This document shows positions 37,060 through 50,016 of a DNA stretch of 64,000 nucleotides, one piece after another. The stretch spans positions 73,274 through 137,273 of the forward strand of contig CACJGU010000002.1 in NCBI GenBank assembly GCA_902593125.1, in the 5' to 3' direction. Made by a program: the position numbers and the translations under genes. How positions within the stretch are numbered: the first letter of the stretch is position 1; the number at the start of each line of letters is the position of its first letter. This stretch comes from an uncultured Alphaproteobacteria bacterium (lineage in GTDB: Bacteria; Pseudomonadota; Alphaproteobacteria; HIMB59; GCA-002718135). The notes beneath the pieces are model-generated. The model made no database searches, was not told the origin of the DNA, and was given only the letters and a program-made list of their open reading frames with translations.

Positions 37060-37380
37060 ATGAGTTTAATGGAAAGATACCAAAAGGCCATGAAAGACAA
37101 AAATGAAGCTGAAATGAACGACATCTTGCACGATGACTTTAAATTCACAATGCATGCATCTGGAAATGTTCTATCAAAATCTGATGTAGTTAGTTGGGCT
37201 ATGTCAGACGATATTAATTCTGATAAAGATAGAATTGTATATGAGAATGACGAAATAGCCGTTCTTCATGCTTTTGTTACGTTTAATGATGGCAACACTC
37301 AGGCAGTAATGTCTGTTTTTAAAATTGAAAATGGTAAAATTGTTTCTTTAGAAACAGGTGCAACGAATATGCCAAAATAA
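37060..37380 (+). CDS. SnoaL/NTF2-like small protein
   Basis: The protein is 106 aa. 'DDFKFTMHASGNVLSKSDV...' and the C-terminal 'VFKIENGKIVSLE' pattern are typical of an NTF2-like fold. The SD is AAGGAAAGAG. Confidence 0.55.
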   Translation: MSLMERYQKAMKDKNEAEMNDILHDDFKFTMHASGNVLSKSDVVSWAMSDDINSDKDRIVYENDEIAVLHAFVTFNDGNTQAVMSVFKIENGKIVSLETGATNMPK

Positions 37381-37381
37381 A

Positions 37382-37408
37382 AAAAGTGGAACTTAAAGTT
37401 CCACTTTT
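37382..37408. terminator. Bidirectional Rho-independent terminator between convergent genes
   Basis: AAAAGTGGAACT / AGTTCCACTTTT form a 12-bp perfect inverted repeat with a 3-nt loop. An A-run lies on one side and a T-run on the other. Confidence 0.75.
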
Positions 37409-37427
37409 AAACTAATATAAATTATTT

Positions 37428-39563
<2,136 letters not shown>

Positions 39564-39623
39564 TTAGAACCTCCGTTATTTAATGCTAATATATAAAGAA
39601 TTTAAATTAAAGAAAAGTGAAAA

Positions 39624-40028
39624 CTATAACTCAATTTTAAATTTTTCAGGTCTCCACGTCGCAGGCGCAAGTTCAAAGTCATCAAAATCAAAAGCAGGTG
39701 CGACAGTACATCCAATTAAACTGTAAGAACCAGAAGATCGCATCGCAAACCATGTATTTGCTGTTACTGTGTAAATATAATTATTATTTAATCCTAAAGA
39801 ATAAACTTCATAATTAACCCCATCACTAGATGTAAAAACTTCTAGAGGATCCCCAGTATAAAAATGTAATATTTCATTTTTAGTTAATCGATGCCAATGA
39901 GATTTTTCATTTTTTTTCAATAAGTAATAAATTTGACTAACATTTTCATTCTTAAAATTTTCAACATAATGTCCCCCTTCAGGGTGACTAATCATATCAA
40001 GTTTTTTTATTAAACTATCTGCTTCCAC
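39624..40028 (-). CDS. Cupin (DUF985/Cupin_5-like) protein
   Basis: 'L..HPEGGHYVENF', 'SHWHRL..NEILHFY.GDPL' and 'GCTVAPAFDFDDFEL' are present. Confidence 0.75.
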   Translation of the reverse strand: MEADSLIKKLDMISHPEGGHYVENFKNENVSQIYYLLKKNEKSHWHRLTKNEILHFYTGDPLEVFTSSDGVNYEVYSLGLNNNYIYTVTANTWFAMRSSGSYSLIGCTVAPAFDFDDFELAPATWRPEKFKIEL

Positions 40029-40619
40029 TTAGATTAAATGGCCAAGTTTACTTTTCTTAGTTGAGATATATTTTTCATTATACTTATTTGTATCTGAGAA
40101 AATAGGAACTCTTTGATTTACTTCGATTCCCATATCTTCAAGTGCCTTAATTTTCTTTGGATTATTTGTCATCAAATCTAATCTTTTAATTGCTAAATAT
40201 TTTACCATATCAGCTATATTTTCATAAGTTCTTTCATCATCCTTGAACCCCAGCTGATGATTGGCCTCAACTGTATCCAATCCTTTATCTTGTAAACTAT
40301 ATGCTTTAATTTTATTTGACAGACCAATGCCTCTTCCTTCCTGTTGAAGATAAAAAACTACACCCCTACCAGCATTTGCAATTTGTTTAAGAGATTCTGT
40401 TAATTGAAATCTGCAATCGCATCTCATGCTAAAAAAAGACTCACCGGTAATACACTGTGAATGTATTCTTGATAATACTGGTTGATTAGTTAGCAAATCA
40501 CCCATACAAATTGCTAGATGATCTTTTTTTTCTATTTCATCAGTAAATGCATGAATTGTAAATTCCCCAATATCAGTTGGCAGTTTACTAGTTTCAATAA
40601 ATTTAAGTTTGTCTTTCAT
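40029..40619 (-). CDS. ribA: GTP cyclohydrolase II (stand-alone, no RibB domain)
   Basis: 'RIHSQCITGESFFSMRCDCRFQL', 'VVFYLQQEGRGIGL' and 'DERTYENIADMVKYL' are present. Confidence 0.93.
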   Translation of the reverse strand: MKDKLKFIETSKLPTDIGEFTIHAFTDEIEKKDHLAICMGDLLTNQPVLSRIHSQCITGESFFSMRCDCRFQLTESLKQIANAGRGVVFYLQQEGRGIGLSNKIKAYSLQDKGLDTVEANHQLGFKDDERTYENIADMVKYLAIKRLDLMTNNPKKIKALEDMGIEVNQRVPIFSDTNKYNEKYISTKKSKLGHLI

Positions 40620-40658
40620 TAATCAGAACTTTTATTCTTTAATAAAACTTTGTAAATA

Positions 40659-41132
40659 CTATAATTTTGTTGGATTAGGAGTATCACCGTAAACTTCCTT
40701 AGGATCAAAGACTTTTTCTTTTTCTTCAAACTGAAGTACTACTTTTGAATTATCTCTATCTATTGGGATACTTCTGTAGAAACACGATCTATAACCAACA
40801 TGGCAACTAGCACCACCCTTAACATCAACTCTTAGCCAGACACAGTCTTGATCATCATCAATTCTTATTTCCCTTATCTTTTGAACAAGGCCACTAGTTT
40901 TCCCTTTATGCCAAAGTGATTTTCTACTTCTTGAAAAATATACGGCTTCTCCCAAACTAATTGTCTGTTTAAAAGCATTTTCATTCATATAGCCCTGCAT
41001 TAATACTTCACCTGAAGAAAAATCTGTTGTGACAACAGGTATAAGACCGTTTTCATCAAACTTTGGTGCAAGTTCAGTTGATTCTTCAACCTGTTCTATT
41101 GATTTTCTTTTTTTAAATTCAATGTTACTCAT
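40659..41132 (-). CDS. hisI: Phosphoribosyl-AMP cyclohydrolase
   Basis: 'GLIPVVTTD...GEVLMQGYMN', 'YFSRSRKSLWHKGKTSG' and 'DQDCVWLRV...CHVGYRSCFY' are present. Confidence 0.93.
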   Translation of the reverse strand: MSNIEFKKRKSIEQVEESTELAPKFDENGLIPVVTTDFSSGEVLMQGYMNENAFKQTISLGEAVYFSRSRKSLWHKGKTSGLVQKIREIRIDDDQDCVWLRVDVKGGASCHVGYRSCFYRSIPIDRDNSKVVLQFEEKEKVFDPKEVYGDTPNPTKL

Positions 41133-42126
41133 TTTTAAGTTTTTTAGCTATGTCTAAAGCAAAGTAAGTAAGTATACCATTTGCCCCTGCTCTTTTAAAA
41201 GACAAAAGAGACTCCATAATTACTTTTTCGTTTAACCAGCCTTTATTTATTGAATCCTTTATCATAGAGTATTCACCAGAAACTTGATAAGCAAAAGTTG
41301 GTACTTTAAATTCTGCTTTTATTCTAGAGATTATATCTAAGTAAGGCATGCCAGGTTTAACCATAACCATATCTGCACCTTCATTAATATCAAAAGCCAC
41401 TTCCCTGAGTGCTTCATCACTATTTGACGGATCCATCTGATAAGTTAATTTACCATCCTTACCTAATTTTGATCCTGATCCTATGGCATCTCTAAAAGGG
41501 CCATAAAATCCTGATGCATATTTTGCAGCATAAGATAAAATAAGCGTATCTTGAAAATTATTATTATCCAAAACTGTTCTAATTCTTCCAATACGACCAT
41601 CCATCATATCTGAAGGTGCAATTACATCACAGCCAGCGTGTGCTTGGACTAATGCCTGTTTTTCTAAAACTTCTAATGTTCTATCATTGTCAATTTTATT
41701 ATCAATAACCAGGCCATCATGTCCATGTTCTGTAAACGGATCAAGTGCTACATCACAAATAATTCCAATATCGGTAAATTCTTTTTTTATGCTTTTAATT
41801 GACCTACAAACAAGATTATTTTCATCAAAAGCTAAGCTACCCTCGTTATTTTTAAGACTAGCTTCTATTTGTGGAAATATAGCTATTGCAGGAATAGAAA
41901 GTTTAACTACTTCTTCAACTTTATGTAAAAGTTTATCAATAGAATATCTACTAACACCCGGCATTGATTTAATAGGATCCTCAACATTATTACCATCACA
42001 TACAAACAAAGGTAGAATTAAATCATTAGTACCAAGATTGTTTTCAGCAACTAACCTGCGTGAAAAATCTTTCATTCTATTACGTCTGAGTCTCGTTTTT
42101 GGAAAGCTACCTTGTATGTTAGTCAT
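41125..42126 (-). CDS. hemB: Porphobilinogen synthase (Asp-rich, Mg-type active-site loop)
   Basis: 'RLRRNR', 'DVALDPFTEHGHDG', 'APSDMMDGRI' and 'MVKPGMPYLDI' are present. Confidence 0.96.
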   Translation of the reverse strand: MTNIQGSFPKTRLRRNRMKDFSRRLVAENNLGTNDLILPLFVCDGNNVEDPIKSMPGVSRYSIDKLLHKVEEVVKLSIPAIAIFPQIEASLKNNEGSLAFDENNLVCRSIKSIKKEFTDIGIICDVALDPFTEHGHDGLVIDNKIDNDRTLEVLEKQALVQAHAGCDVIAPSDMMDGRIGRIRTVLDNNNFQDTLILSYAAKYASGFYGPFRDAIGSGSKLGKDGKLTYQMDPSNSDEALREVAFDINEGADMVMVKPGMPYLDIISRIKAEFKVPTFAYQVSGEYSMIKDSINKGWLNEKVIMESLLSFKRAGANGILTYFALDIAKKLKNE

Positions 42127-42129
42127 AAT

Positions 42130-44055
42130 TTACTCTATTGGTGATTTTACTTCACTAGATAAAGTAGTAGTGATTTCATCTAATTTAAAGGTCTTAGTCT
42201 CGGTTGATCCAATTCTTCTAATCGACACTGTTTTTTCCTGAGATTCTTTTTTCCCCACTGCGATGATTACAGGGATTTTACTATTGCTATGTTCACGAAT
42301 CTTATAACCAATTTTTTCATTTCTTAAATCTACCTCAGCTTTAATACCCTCTTTAATTAATTTATCTTTAACCAATAAAGCATAATCGTCAGTATCAGAT
42401 GTAATTGTTGCTACCATAACTTGTAATGGTGACAACCAAAGTGGTAGATGTCCAGCATAATGTTCAATCAGTATACCTGTGAATCTTTCAAGTGATCCAA
42501 AAAGTGCTCTATGAAGCATCACTGGTGTTTTTTTATTACCATCCTCGCCAATATAAGTTGCGCCTAATCTACCTGGTAAATTTAAATCTACTTGTAAAGT
42601 GCCACACTGCCAATCTCTTCCAATTGCATCTCTTAAAACAAACTCTAATTTCGGACCGTAGAATGCACCTTCTCCTGGATTAAAGGTGTACTCAAGACCA
42701 GTTGCTTCCATTGCTTGCTTTAATGCAGCCTCAGCTTTATCCCAAACAGCATCATCCCCTACGCGTTTTTCTGGTCTGTCTGAAAATTTAATTTTAACAT
42801 TTTCAAAACCAAAATCCTTATAAATACTCAGTATTAAATCACAGACTGTTTTACTTTCTTCAGTTATTTGATCTTCTGTACAGAATATATGTGCATCATC
42901 TTGTGTGAATGCTCGAACTCGCATTAATCCATGAAGGGCGCCTGATGGTTCATAACGATGTACTTTTCCGAATTCGGATAACAGAAATGGAAGATCTCTG
43001 TAACTTTTCAATCCTTGTTTAAAAATTTCTACAGCACCAGGACAATTCATTGGTTTGATAGCATAAATTTTGTCATCTTTCGCTTCAGTTCTAAACATCA
43101 TGTCACTAAACTTGTCCCAGTGTCCAGAGGTTTCCCAAAGTGATTTATCCATCATGTCTGGTGTATTAGTTTCTACATATCCCGCCTTATCTTGTCTGCT
43201 TCGCATATAATTTATCAACGATTGGAATAACGTCCAACCTTTAGGATGCCAAAACACCGCGCCAGGAGCTTCCTCTTGAAAATGAAAAAGATCCATTTCC
43301 TTACCAAGTTTACGGTGATCTCTTTTTTCTGCTTCCTCAATTTGTAAAAGGTGATGTTCAAGCTCTTTTTCTGTAGCCCAAGCCGTACCATAGATTCTTG
43401 TGAGCATCGTATTTGATGAGTCACCTCTCCAATAAGCTCCAGCAACTTTCATTAATTTAAATGCTTTACCAATTTGTTTTGTTGAAACCATATGTGGCCC
43501 ACGACATAAGTCTAGCCAACTACCTTGTTTGTAAATACTAATTTCTTCGTTATCAGGAAGGTCATTTATTAATTCAACTTTATAGTTCTCACCTTTATCT
43601 TTAAAATATTTTATTGCTTTATCTTTTGGCCACACTTCTCTAATAAAACTTTCATTTCGTTGAATGATTTCATACATTTTTTTCTCAATTTTAGGAAGGT
43701 CAGAAAGAGTAAACGGTTCATTTCTAGCAAAATCATAATAGAAACCATTTTCAATCGCTGGACCAATTGTAACTTGTGTGCCAGGATATAGTTCTTGGAC
43801 TGCTTCTGCCATTACATGGGCACAATCATGTCGAATTAATTCAAGTGTTTCTTCATCATCTCTTTTTAAAATTTCAACAGATGCATCACTACTAATAGGT
43901 GAGCTAATATCTTTTATTTCATTATTAAGTTTTATGGCAACTGACTCTTTAGCAAGAGATTTAGAAATTTGTGAAGCTAATTCAAGACCGTTTATTCCCT
44001 TATTAACCTCTTTTTTATTTCCATCTGGAAATGTAATTATAATTTTTTCACTCAT
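42130..44055 (-). CDS. thrS: Threonine--tRNA ligase
   Basis: It has a TGS N-terminus '[11 protein letters not shown]', '[11 protein letters not shown]' and class II motifs '[18 protein letters not shown]' and '[10 protein letters not shown]'. Confidence 0.97.
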   Translation of the reverse strand: MSEKIIITFPDGNKKEVNKGINGLELASQISKSLAKESVAIKLNNEIKDISSPISSDASVEILKRDDEETLELIRHDCAHVMAEAVQELYPGTQVTIGPAIENGFYYDFARNEPFTLSDLPKIEKKMYEIIQRNESFIREVWPKDKAIKYFKDKGENYKVELINDLPDNEEISIYKQGSWLDLCRGPHMVSTKQIGKAFKLMKVAGAYWRGDSSNTMLTRIYGTAWATEKELEHHLLQIEEAEKRDHRKLGKEMDLFHFQEEAPGAVFWHPKGWTLFQSLINYMRSRQDKAGYVETNTPDMMDKSLWETSGHWDKFSDMMFRTEAKDDKIYAIKPMNCPGAVEIFKQGLKSYRDLPFLLSEFGKVHRYEPSGALHGLMRVRAFTQDDAHIFCTEDQITEESKTVCDLILSIYKDFGFENVKIKFSDRPEKRVGDDAVWDKAEAALKQAMEATGLEYTFNPGEGAFYGPKLEFVLRDAIGRDWQCGTLQVDLNLPGRLGATYIGEDGNKKTPVMLHRALFGSLERFTGILIEHYAGHLPLWLSPLQVMVATITSDTDDYALLVKDKLIKEGIKAEVDLRNEKIGYKIREHSNSKIPVIIAVGKKESQEKTVSIRRIGSTETKTFKLDEITTTLSSEVKSPIE

Positions 44056-45434
44056 CTAGATTTCCGCCAAATCGTTCCTTTATCAGTATCCTCTATTTCT
44101 ATGCCTTTATCTTTTAATGTGTCCCTAATAGTATCTGCCAAATTAAAATTTTTACTGCGTCTAGCTTCATTACGTTGATTTATCAACCTTTCAATTTCTT
44201 CGCTATTCTCTTTACTTTTTTGACTATATCCTAGCCAATTTTCCGGATCATCCTCTAGTATTCCTAATATTTTCCCCGTAGATAAAAGATTTTTTTTTAT
44301 TTTAACCTTCCTATCTTTAGAAGCTGATGAAGCACTATTAGCTTCTTCATTGAGTTTAGCAATTATCTTTGGTGTATTTAGATCATCTAAAAAAGATTCC
44401 ATTATAGAATCAGTTGGCAATTCTAATTTCACACTTATATCTGATAGCTCCAAAAGAACCCTATATAACCGATCTAGCATTTTACTGTTTTGTTCGATGA
44501 TTTCTTCTGTCCAGTTTAGTGGCTGCTTATAATGTGCAGACAACAATGTTAAACGCAAAACTTCACCTTTGTATTTTTTATTCAGTTCATGTACCAATCT
44601 AATATTACCAATTGATTTAGACATTTTTTCACCCTCTACATTTACAAAGCCATTATGAAACCAATATGTTGCAAAATCTTTTGGTTCTTTATGTTTAGAT
44701 ATTGAACATGTTTGTGCTATTTCATTTTCATGATGAGGAAAAACTAAATCAATACCTCCACTATGAATATCAAATGGTAGGCCCAATGATTTTTCTGACA
44801 TTACGGAACATTCCAAGTGCCAACCAGGTCTTCCAAAACCCCACGGTGAATTCCATCCAGGAAGTGGTGATGGAGAAGGCTTCCATAAAACAAAATCAGC
44901 TGGATCTTTTTTAAAAGGTGCAACCTCAACTCGACTTCCAGCTATTTGTTCATCTCTATTTCTTTTTGACAAAATTCCATAATTTTCAAAACTTGGTACA
45001 TGGAATAGAACATGACCATTTTTTTCATAAGCTTTATTCGCATCAATCAATTTTTGTATTAGCGCAATCATTTCTTTAATATGATCAGTCGCCCTTGGCT
45101 GTATGTCCGGTAGTTTTACTCCAAGTGCGCTCATATCATTATTGTAAATATCAGTATATTTTGAGGTTATTGAATAAATTTCTTCACCAGTTTCTTTTGA
45201 TGCTTCTATAATTTTATCATCAATATCAGTTATGTTTGAAACATAAGTTACTTTTTTAAATTGCGTTTTTAAAACCCTAACTAGTAAATCATTTACAACA
45301 GCCATCCTTGCATTACCAATATGAGCATAATTATAAACTGTTGGTCCACAGGCGTAAATTCTGACATGTTCTGGGTCCACAGGTTCAAACAATTCTTTTT
45401 TCCCACTTAATGTGTTTTGTAATTGCAATGACAT
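44052..45434 (-). CDS. cysS: Cysteine--tRNA ligase
   Basis: HIGH is '[11 protein letters not shown]' and KMSKS is 'EKMSKSIGN'. Confidence 0.97.
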   Translation of the reverse strand: MSLQLQNTLSGKKELFEPVDPEHVRIYACGPTVYNYAHIGNARMAVVNDLLVRVLKTQFKKVTYVSNITDIDDKIIEASKETGEEIYSITSKYTDIYNNDMSALGVKLPDIQPRATDHIKEMIALIQKLIDANKAYEKNGHVLFHVPSFENYGILSKRNRDEQIAGSRVEVAPFKKDPADFVLWKPSPSPLPGWNSPWGFGRPGWHLECSVMSEKSLGLPFDIHSGGIDLVFPHHENEIAQTCSISKHKEPKDFATYWFHNGFVNVEGEKMSKSIGNIRLVHELNKKYKGEVLRLTLLSAHYKQPLNWTEEIIEQNSKMLDRLYRVLLELSDISVKLELPTDSIMESFLDDLNTPKIIAKLNEEANSASSASKDRKVKIKKNLLSTGKILGILEDDPENWLGYSQKSKENSEEIERLINQRNEARRSKNFNLADTIRDTLKDKGIEIEDTDKGTIWRKSR

Positions 45435-45450
45435 TTATCGAATAATTTAT

Positions 45451-45873
45451 TTAATAATTAAGCTCTATTACCACGGGTTCGCCGTGAACTAAAACTATTG
45501 CGGCTTTTTCAAATGAGGGTGGGCCTTTTGGTTGGTAATTATTACTAAAAGCAAAACCTTCTTTAGGACGCCAGAATAATCCAGTTTTCAATTTTCCATT
45601 AGAATCTTCATCATGATAAGCAACAATTGCTATTTTTCCTTCATGTATTTTACTTAAAGGAACAACTACCTCACCTTTTTTGACTCTTTTTCTAACACTT
45701 TCAATTGCGAGGTCCTCATCCAAAAAACTCTCTTTTGAGTCATATATTTTGACATCTATAAAACCTTCATCATGTTCAACATTAGGAAAAATTATCGTTC
45801 CATGACCATAGGCGCTTAATGAAATCATGAAAAATAAAAAAATAATGCATATTTTACTAAAAGTACTTTTCAT
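45451..45873 (-). CDS. DUF2141-like periplasmic protein
   Basis: It has a signal peptide, 'IAIVAYHDEDSNGKLKTGLFWRPKEGFAFSNN' and 'GPPSFEKA'. Confidence 0.65.
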   Translation of the reverse strand: MKSTFSKICIIFLFFMISLSAYGHGTIIFPNVEHDEGFIDVKIYDSKESFLDEDLAIESVRKRVKKGEVVVPLSKIHEGKIAIVAYHDEDSNGKLKTGLFWRPKEGFAFSNNYQPKGPPSFEKAAIVLVHGEPVVIELNY

Positions 45874-45901
45874 TTATCTATCCTAAATATAATAGAATTT
45901 A

Positions 45902-47107
45902 GTGTTGAACAATAACGAATATTTAAATAAGCTTTATCAATCTGATCAACCACTTATTATTTATAAAACAAATAATGGATTTGACGTCTATACCGACTTT
46001 TCAAAAAAATATTTGATAAATAAAGAAAATATAAAAAACTTTCTAAACATTCAAACTAAAAAGAAACAATCAAGTTCAAATAGTCTTAATTGTTATGTTG
46101 GGTTTTTTGGATATAAACTACTATGTGAAAATATTGGTATAAAATTTCCTAAACAAAAAACTAATAATTTTTATAATGGTATTTTTTATCAACCATTGAC
46201 TAAAGTGCGCATACGTAAAAACATTTCAATTCAGAGCTTAAAAAGTAATTTTAGAAATATCAAAATTAATAACAAAAGATATTCATTATTAAATAAAAAA
46301 TTTGATCTAAATTTATCTCTGAAACAGTATAGTAAATTATTTAATGATTTTTCTAAAAATATTAAACAAGGTAAAACTTACCAAATTAAAATTGCACAAA
46401 ATTACTCAAAAAAAGGGAAAGTAAATGCAGTCAAGCTTTTTTGGAAATTAATGCAAATGAATGAGTCTCCAGAAAGTTTTTTAATCAGAGATAAAAATTA
46501 TAGCATTATTAGTTGTTCACCAGAGACACTCATTTTAAAAAAGAAAAATTTGATTAAAACAAAGCCAATAGCTGGTACATTAAGAAAAACAAAAAGTTTA
46601 AATAAAAATAAAGCACTATCTTTTTTTAGAAAAAGTGAAAAAGAAACCAAAGAACATAATATGATTGTTGATATGGAGCGAAACGATCTCTCTAAAATTT
46701 GTAAAACTGGATCAGTAAAAATAGAAAAGCTAAAAAGAGTTGAAGAATACAGAGACCTATATCACTATGTTTCAACTATAAAAGGATTAATAAAAAAAAA
46801 TATCACTAATCACGAAATAATTTCATCATTAATGCCGGGAGGATCAGTTATTGGATGCCCAAAGATTAGCACAATACAATTGTTAAATAATAAAGAAAAA
46901 AATGATAGAAATATTTATACTGGAAGTTTTGGAGTAATTCATTCAAATGGAGATATGCGTTTTAACATAATGATAAGAACGCTACTTAATTTCAAAAATA
47001 ATATTAATTTATCTGTAGCTAGTGGAGTTATTTTAGGTAGTACTGCAAAAAAAGAGTATAATGAAAATTATATTAAAGCAAAGTCCCTTTTAGAGTTATT
47101 TCATTAA
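45902..47107 (+). CDS. pabB: Aminodeoxychorismate synthase component I
   Basis: The chorismate-binding core reads 'SPESFL', 'KPIAGTLRK', 'EHNMIVDMERNDLSKIC' and 'PGGSVIGCPK'. It has a GTG start and a short N-terminal region. Confidence 0.85.
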   Translation: MLNNNEYLNKLYQSDQPLIIYKTNNGFDVYTDFSKKYLINKENIKNFLNIQTKKKQSSSNSLNCYVGFFGYKLLCENIGIKFPKQKTNNFYNGIFYQPLTKVRIRKNISIQSLKSNFRNIKINNKRYSLLNKKFDLNLSLKQYSKLFNDFSKNIKQGKTYQIKIAQNYSKKGKVNAVKLFWKLMQMNESPESFLIRDKNYSIISCSPETLILKKKNLIKTKPIAGTLRKTKSLNKNKALSFFRKSEKETKEHNMIVDMERNDLSKICKTGSVKIEKLKRVEEYRDLYHYVSTIKGLIKKNITNHEIISSLMPGGSVIGCPKISTIQLLNNKEKNDRNIYTGSFGVIHSNGDMRFNIMIRTLLNFKNNINLSVASGVILGSTAKKEYNENYIKAKSLLELFH

Positions 47108-47664
47108 TGATTTATCTTATAGATCACGAGGATTCATTTACATATAATCTGGCTCACTTGCTTGATAGTATAGAGCCAACATTTGTATCTAATTATTATG
47201 ATATTAATTTAGGCAAACTTGAAAAAGCATCAACAATTGTCCTATCTCCTGGACCTGGAGAGCCTAAAGATTACCCTAAAACAACAAAGATTTACAAAAA
47301 ATATAAAGGAAAGAAAAAAATTCTTGGTATTTGTCTAGGCTTTCAACAAATTGTTTATTCAGAAGGAGCAAAAATAGTTCAACAAAAGAATATTTTGCAT
47401 GGCTATCAAAGTTACATAAAAATAATTAATGACAAATCAATCTTTAAAAATAATTCAGAATTCCTTGCTGGTAGATATCACTCACTTAAAATGGCAGAAC
47501 CATTTATTTCAAAATCTATGTATATTACAATGCGTTGTAAAAAAACAAATGTAGCAATGGCTGTCGAAGATGATATTAATCAAGTCTATGGATTTCAATT
47601 TCACCCAGATTCTTTTTTAACACCAAATGGAAAAAATCTTATTAAAAAAATCATTTCGCATTAA
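47107..47664 (+). CDS. pabA: Aminodeoxychorismate/anthranilate synthase glutamine amidotransferase component
   Basis: 'LIDHEDSFTYNL', the catalytic 'GICLGFQ' and 'GFQFHPDS' are present. Confidence 0.88.
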   Translation: MIYLIDHEDSFTYNLAHLLDSIEPTFVSNYYDINLGKLEKASTIVLSPGPGEPKDYPKTTKIYKKYKGKKKILGICLGFQQIVYSEGAKIVQQKNILHGYQSYIKIINDKSIFKNNSEFLAGRYHSLKMAEPFISKSMYITMRCKKTNVAMAVEDDINQVYGFQFHPDSFLTPNGKNLIKKIISH

Positions 47665-48382
47665 AGATTTACAAATTATTAATTTCAACTCTCTTTGGGG
47701 ATATAAAGGTATATTTACAACTATAAGATTAGTTGGAAAAAAACCAAAATTAATTTTAGTTGAAGAACATATAAAAAAACTTAATAGAGATACTAGTCGG
47801 TTTGGTATAGATTATAAATTATCTAAAGAATTTTTATTAAATTTTATAAATAAAAATTCTAAAATTAAAAATTATGATCATTTACTGAGAATAGCAGTTA
47901 CTAAAAAAATTTTATCTATTTCTTTACGTAAAAGAAATAAAGAAGATAAATTGTTTAAAGCTCAAATCTATAGATACCAAAGAATTTTACCATCATTTAA
48001 AAACTTACAATATAAAAAAATAATTTCTTTACAAAATAAAATTAATTTAAAAAAGGAGGAAATAATTTTTTATAACAAAAATAAAATTCTTGAAGGCTCA
48101 ACAACGAATATAATATGTGTAAAAGATAATACATTATTTATTCCAAGAACATCATATTATTATGGAATTACACTTGAGTATTTAATTAAAAAATTACCTT
48201 TCAAAGTTCATAAAAAAGATATTAATGTGAAAAATCTAGATGAATTCACTGAATTACTTTTAGTTGGCTCAGGCAAAGGTGTGGTTAGTATTTCTTCCAT
48301 TCAAAAATTAAATTGGTATAGATCCTCTATGAAGATATATAATTTCCTATTTAAAAAATATTCTAAACTTCTAATTAAATGA
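47627..48382 (+). CDS. pabC: Aminodeoxychorismate lyase-like (class IV aminotransferase fold)
   Basis: 'EGSTTNIICVKDNTLFIP' and 'GITLEYLI' resemble fold-type IV PLP enzymes. Its position lies between pabA and folP. The start is uncertain, because the ORF overlaps pabA by 38 nt. Confidence 0.65.
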   Translation: MEKILLKKSFRIKDLQIINFNSLWGYKGIFTTIRLVGKKPKLILVEEHIKKLNRDTSRFGIDYKLSKEFLLNFINKNSKIKNYDHLLRIAVTKKILSISLRKRNKEDKLFKAQIYRYQRILPSFKNLQYKKIISLQNKINLKKEEIIFYNKNKILEGSTTNIICVKDNTLFIPRTSYYYGITLEYLIKKLPFKVHKKDINVKNLDEFTELLLVGSGKGVVSISSIQKLNWYRSSMKIYNFLFKKYSKLLIK

Positions 48383-49197
48383 TTTTAGGTAAAAATAATT
48401 TTAAAATAAATGCTCCAATTGTTATGGGTATATGCAATGTAACACCAGATTCTTTTAGTGATGGCGGAAAAAGTTTTAAACAAAAAGATGCTCTTAAAAA
48501 TATCAAAAATATGCTTAAAGATGGTGCACAAATAATTGACATAGGTGCAGAAAGTACAAAACCAGGGTCTGATCCTCTAAGTTATAAAGAAGAAATTAAA
48601 AGATTAGATCCAATATTAAAAAAATTACCAAAAAACAATTTTATAATATCGGTTGACTCATATAAAATTGAAACTCAAGAATATGCATTAAATAATGGTG
48701 TGCATATAATCAATGATATATTTGGTGGTTCACAAGACCTCTTTGATTTAACAAAAAAATTTAAAACAGGGTTAATTTTAATGCACACACCAGCACCACC
48801 TAAAAATATGCAATCTATGATAAATTCTTATGATAATGTTGTTACAGATATTAAAAAAATTTTTAAAAGAACAATTGTAAAATTAGAAAAATCCAAGATA
48901 CCACCTTATAAAGTATGGTTTGATCCTGGTATTGGTTTTGGTAAAAATTTAAAACAGAATATTCAGATAATGCAAAAAATAAACCAATTTAAATTTAAAA
49001 ATTATGGCCTTTTGTTAGGTTCATCAAGAAAGAGCTGGATAGATAAAATTGACAAAAGCGACTCTGGTAAAAGAATAGGTGGTTCATTGGCTTCAGCATT
49101 ATATTGTTATCAAAAGGGGGTTGATATATTTAGAGTGCACGATGTTAAAGAAACTTCACAGGCATTGAAAATTTTTGAGAAACTATGTTTAAAGTAG
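48379..49197 (+). CDS. folP: Dihydropteroate synthase
   Basis: 'IMGICNVTPDSFSDGG', 'IIDIGAESTKPG', 'SVDSYK', 'DPGIGFGK' and 'RVHDV' are present. Confidence 0.95.
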   Translation: MILGKNNFKINAPIVMGICNVTPDSFSDGGKSFKQKDALKNIKNMLKDGAQIIDIGAESTKPGSDPLSYKEEIKRLDPILKKLPKNNFIISVDSYKIETQEYALNNGVHIINDIFGGSQDLFDLTKKFKTGLILMHTPAPPKNMQSMINSYDNVVTDIKKIFKRTIVKLEKSKIPPYKVWFDPGIGFGKNLKQNIQIMQKINQFKFKNYGLLLGSSRKSWIDKIDKSDSGKRIGGSLASALYCYQKGVDIFRVHDVKETSQALKIFEKLCLK

Positions 49198-49529
49198 AAA
49201 TTAAAAACTTATCTATAAATGCTAATATAGGAGTTACGGCCAAAGAGAGAGCAAAAAAGCAACTTTTAAAAGTAACATTATCATTTAATTACTTTGTTAA
49301 TAGTTCACTTAATTTAAATAATATAGAAAACGTAAAAGATTATTCATCGATAACAAAATATTTAAAAGAGAAAATAAAAAACTCTAATTCACATACTTTA
49401 GAACACTTAATAATTAAAATATCAAAAGATTTAGAAAAAAAATTTAAAATTAAAAATATTAAAATAAAAATTAACAAAACAGCTGTAGCAAAAAAATATG
49501 GTGCAGATTCAGTAAGTGTATCAAACTAA
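49185..49529 (+). CDS. folB: Dihydroneopterin aldolase
   Basis: The protein is 114 aa. 'IGVTAKERAKKQLLKVTLSF' and 'DYSSI' are in family-typical positions, and the gene lies between folP and folK. Confidence 0.8.
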   Translation: MFKVEIKNLSINANIGVTAKERAKKQLLKVTLSFNYFVNSSLNLNNIENVKDYSSITKYLKEKIKNSNSHTLEHLIIKISKDLEKKFKIKNIKIKINKTAVAKKYGADSVSVSN

Positions 49530-50016
49530 AGTTTTCATAGCACTAGGGTCGAATATTGGTGATAAAATATTTAATATCAATCAAAGTATATATGAAATTA
49601 AAAAATACGGCCAAGTAGTAAACTATGGAGATATTTATATTTCAAAACCTTATGGATTTAAAAATCAGCAAAATTTTTTCAACACGGCTATCCTTTTTTT
49701 TACCAATCTCCAACCAATAGAACTTATGAAAAAACTTTCACTGATAGAGACAAAATTAAAAAAAAATAAAAAAATTGAAAATGGCCCTCGAAAAATTGAT
49801 ATGGATATAATTTTCTATGGAAAGCTAAATATATCAAATAAAAAACTTACAATTCCTCATCCAAGAGCTCATCTAAGAGATTTTGTTCTTCGACCCATTG
49901 CAGACATTGATTGTAATTTTATTCATCCAACAAAAAAAATATCAATCAGAAATTTGATATCTAAATTAGATGAAAATTTTACCTTTAGAAAATTAAGCAA
50001 CAGAAATTTGAGATAA
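49516..50016 (+). CDS. folK: 6-hydroxymethyl-7,8-dihydropterin pyrophosphokinase
   Basis: 'IALGSNIGD', 'PRKIDMDIIFYG' and 'LTIPHPRAHLRDFVLRPI' are present. It has a GTG start. Confidence 0.92.
   Translation: MYQTKVFIALGSNIGDKIFNINQSIYEIKKYGQVVNYGDIYISKPYGFKNQQNFFNTAILFFTNLQPIELMKKLSLIETKLKKNKKIENGPRKIDMDIIFYGKLNISNKKLTIPHPRAHLRDFVLRPIADIDCNFIHPTKKISIRNLISKLDENFTFRKLSNRNLR

Noticed and set aside
41687-42241. A 184-aa plus-strand ORF across the hemB/thrS junction.
   Set aside because: It is antisense to two strongly supported genes, has no motif and has a Ser/Leu-rich composition typical of shadow ORFs.
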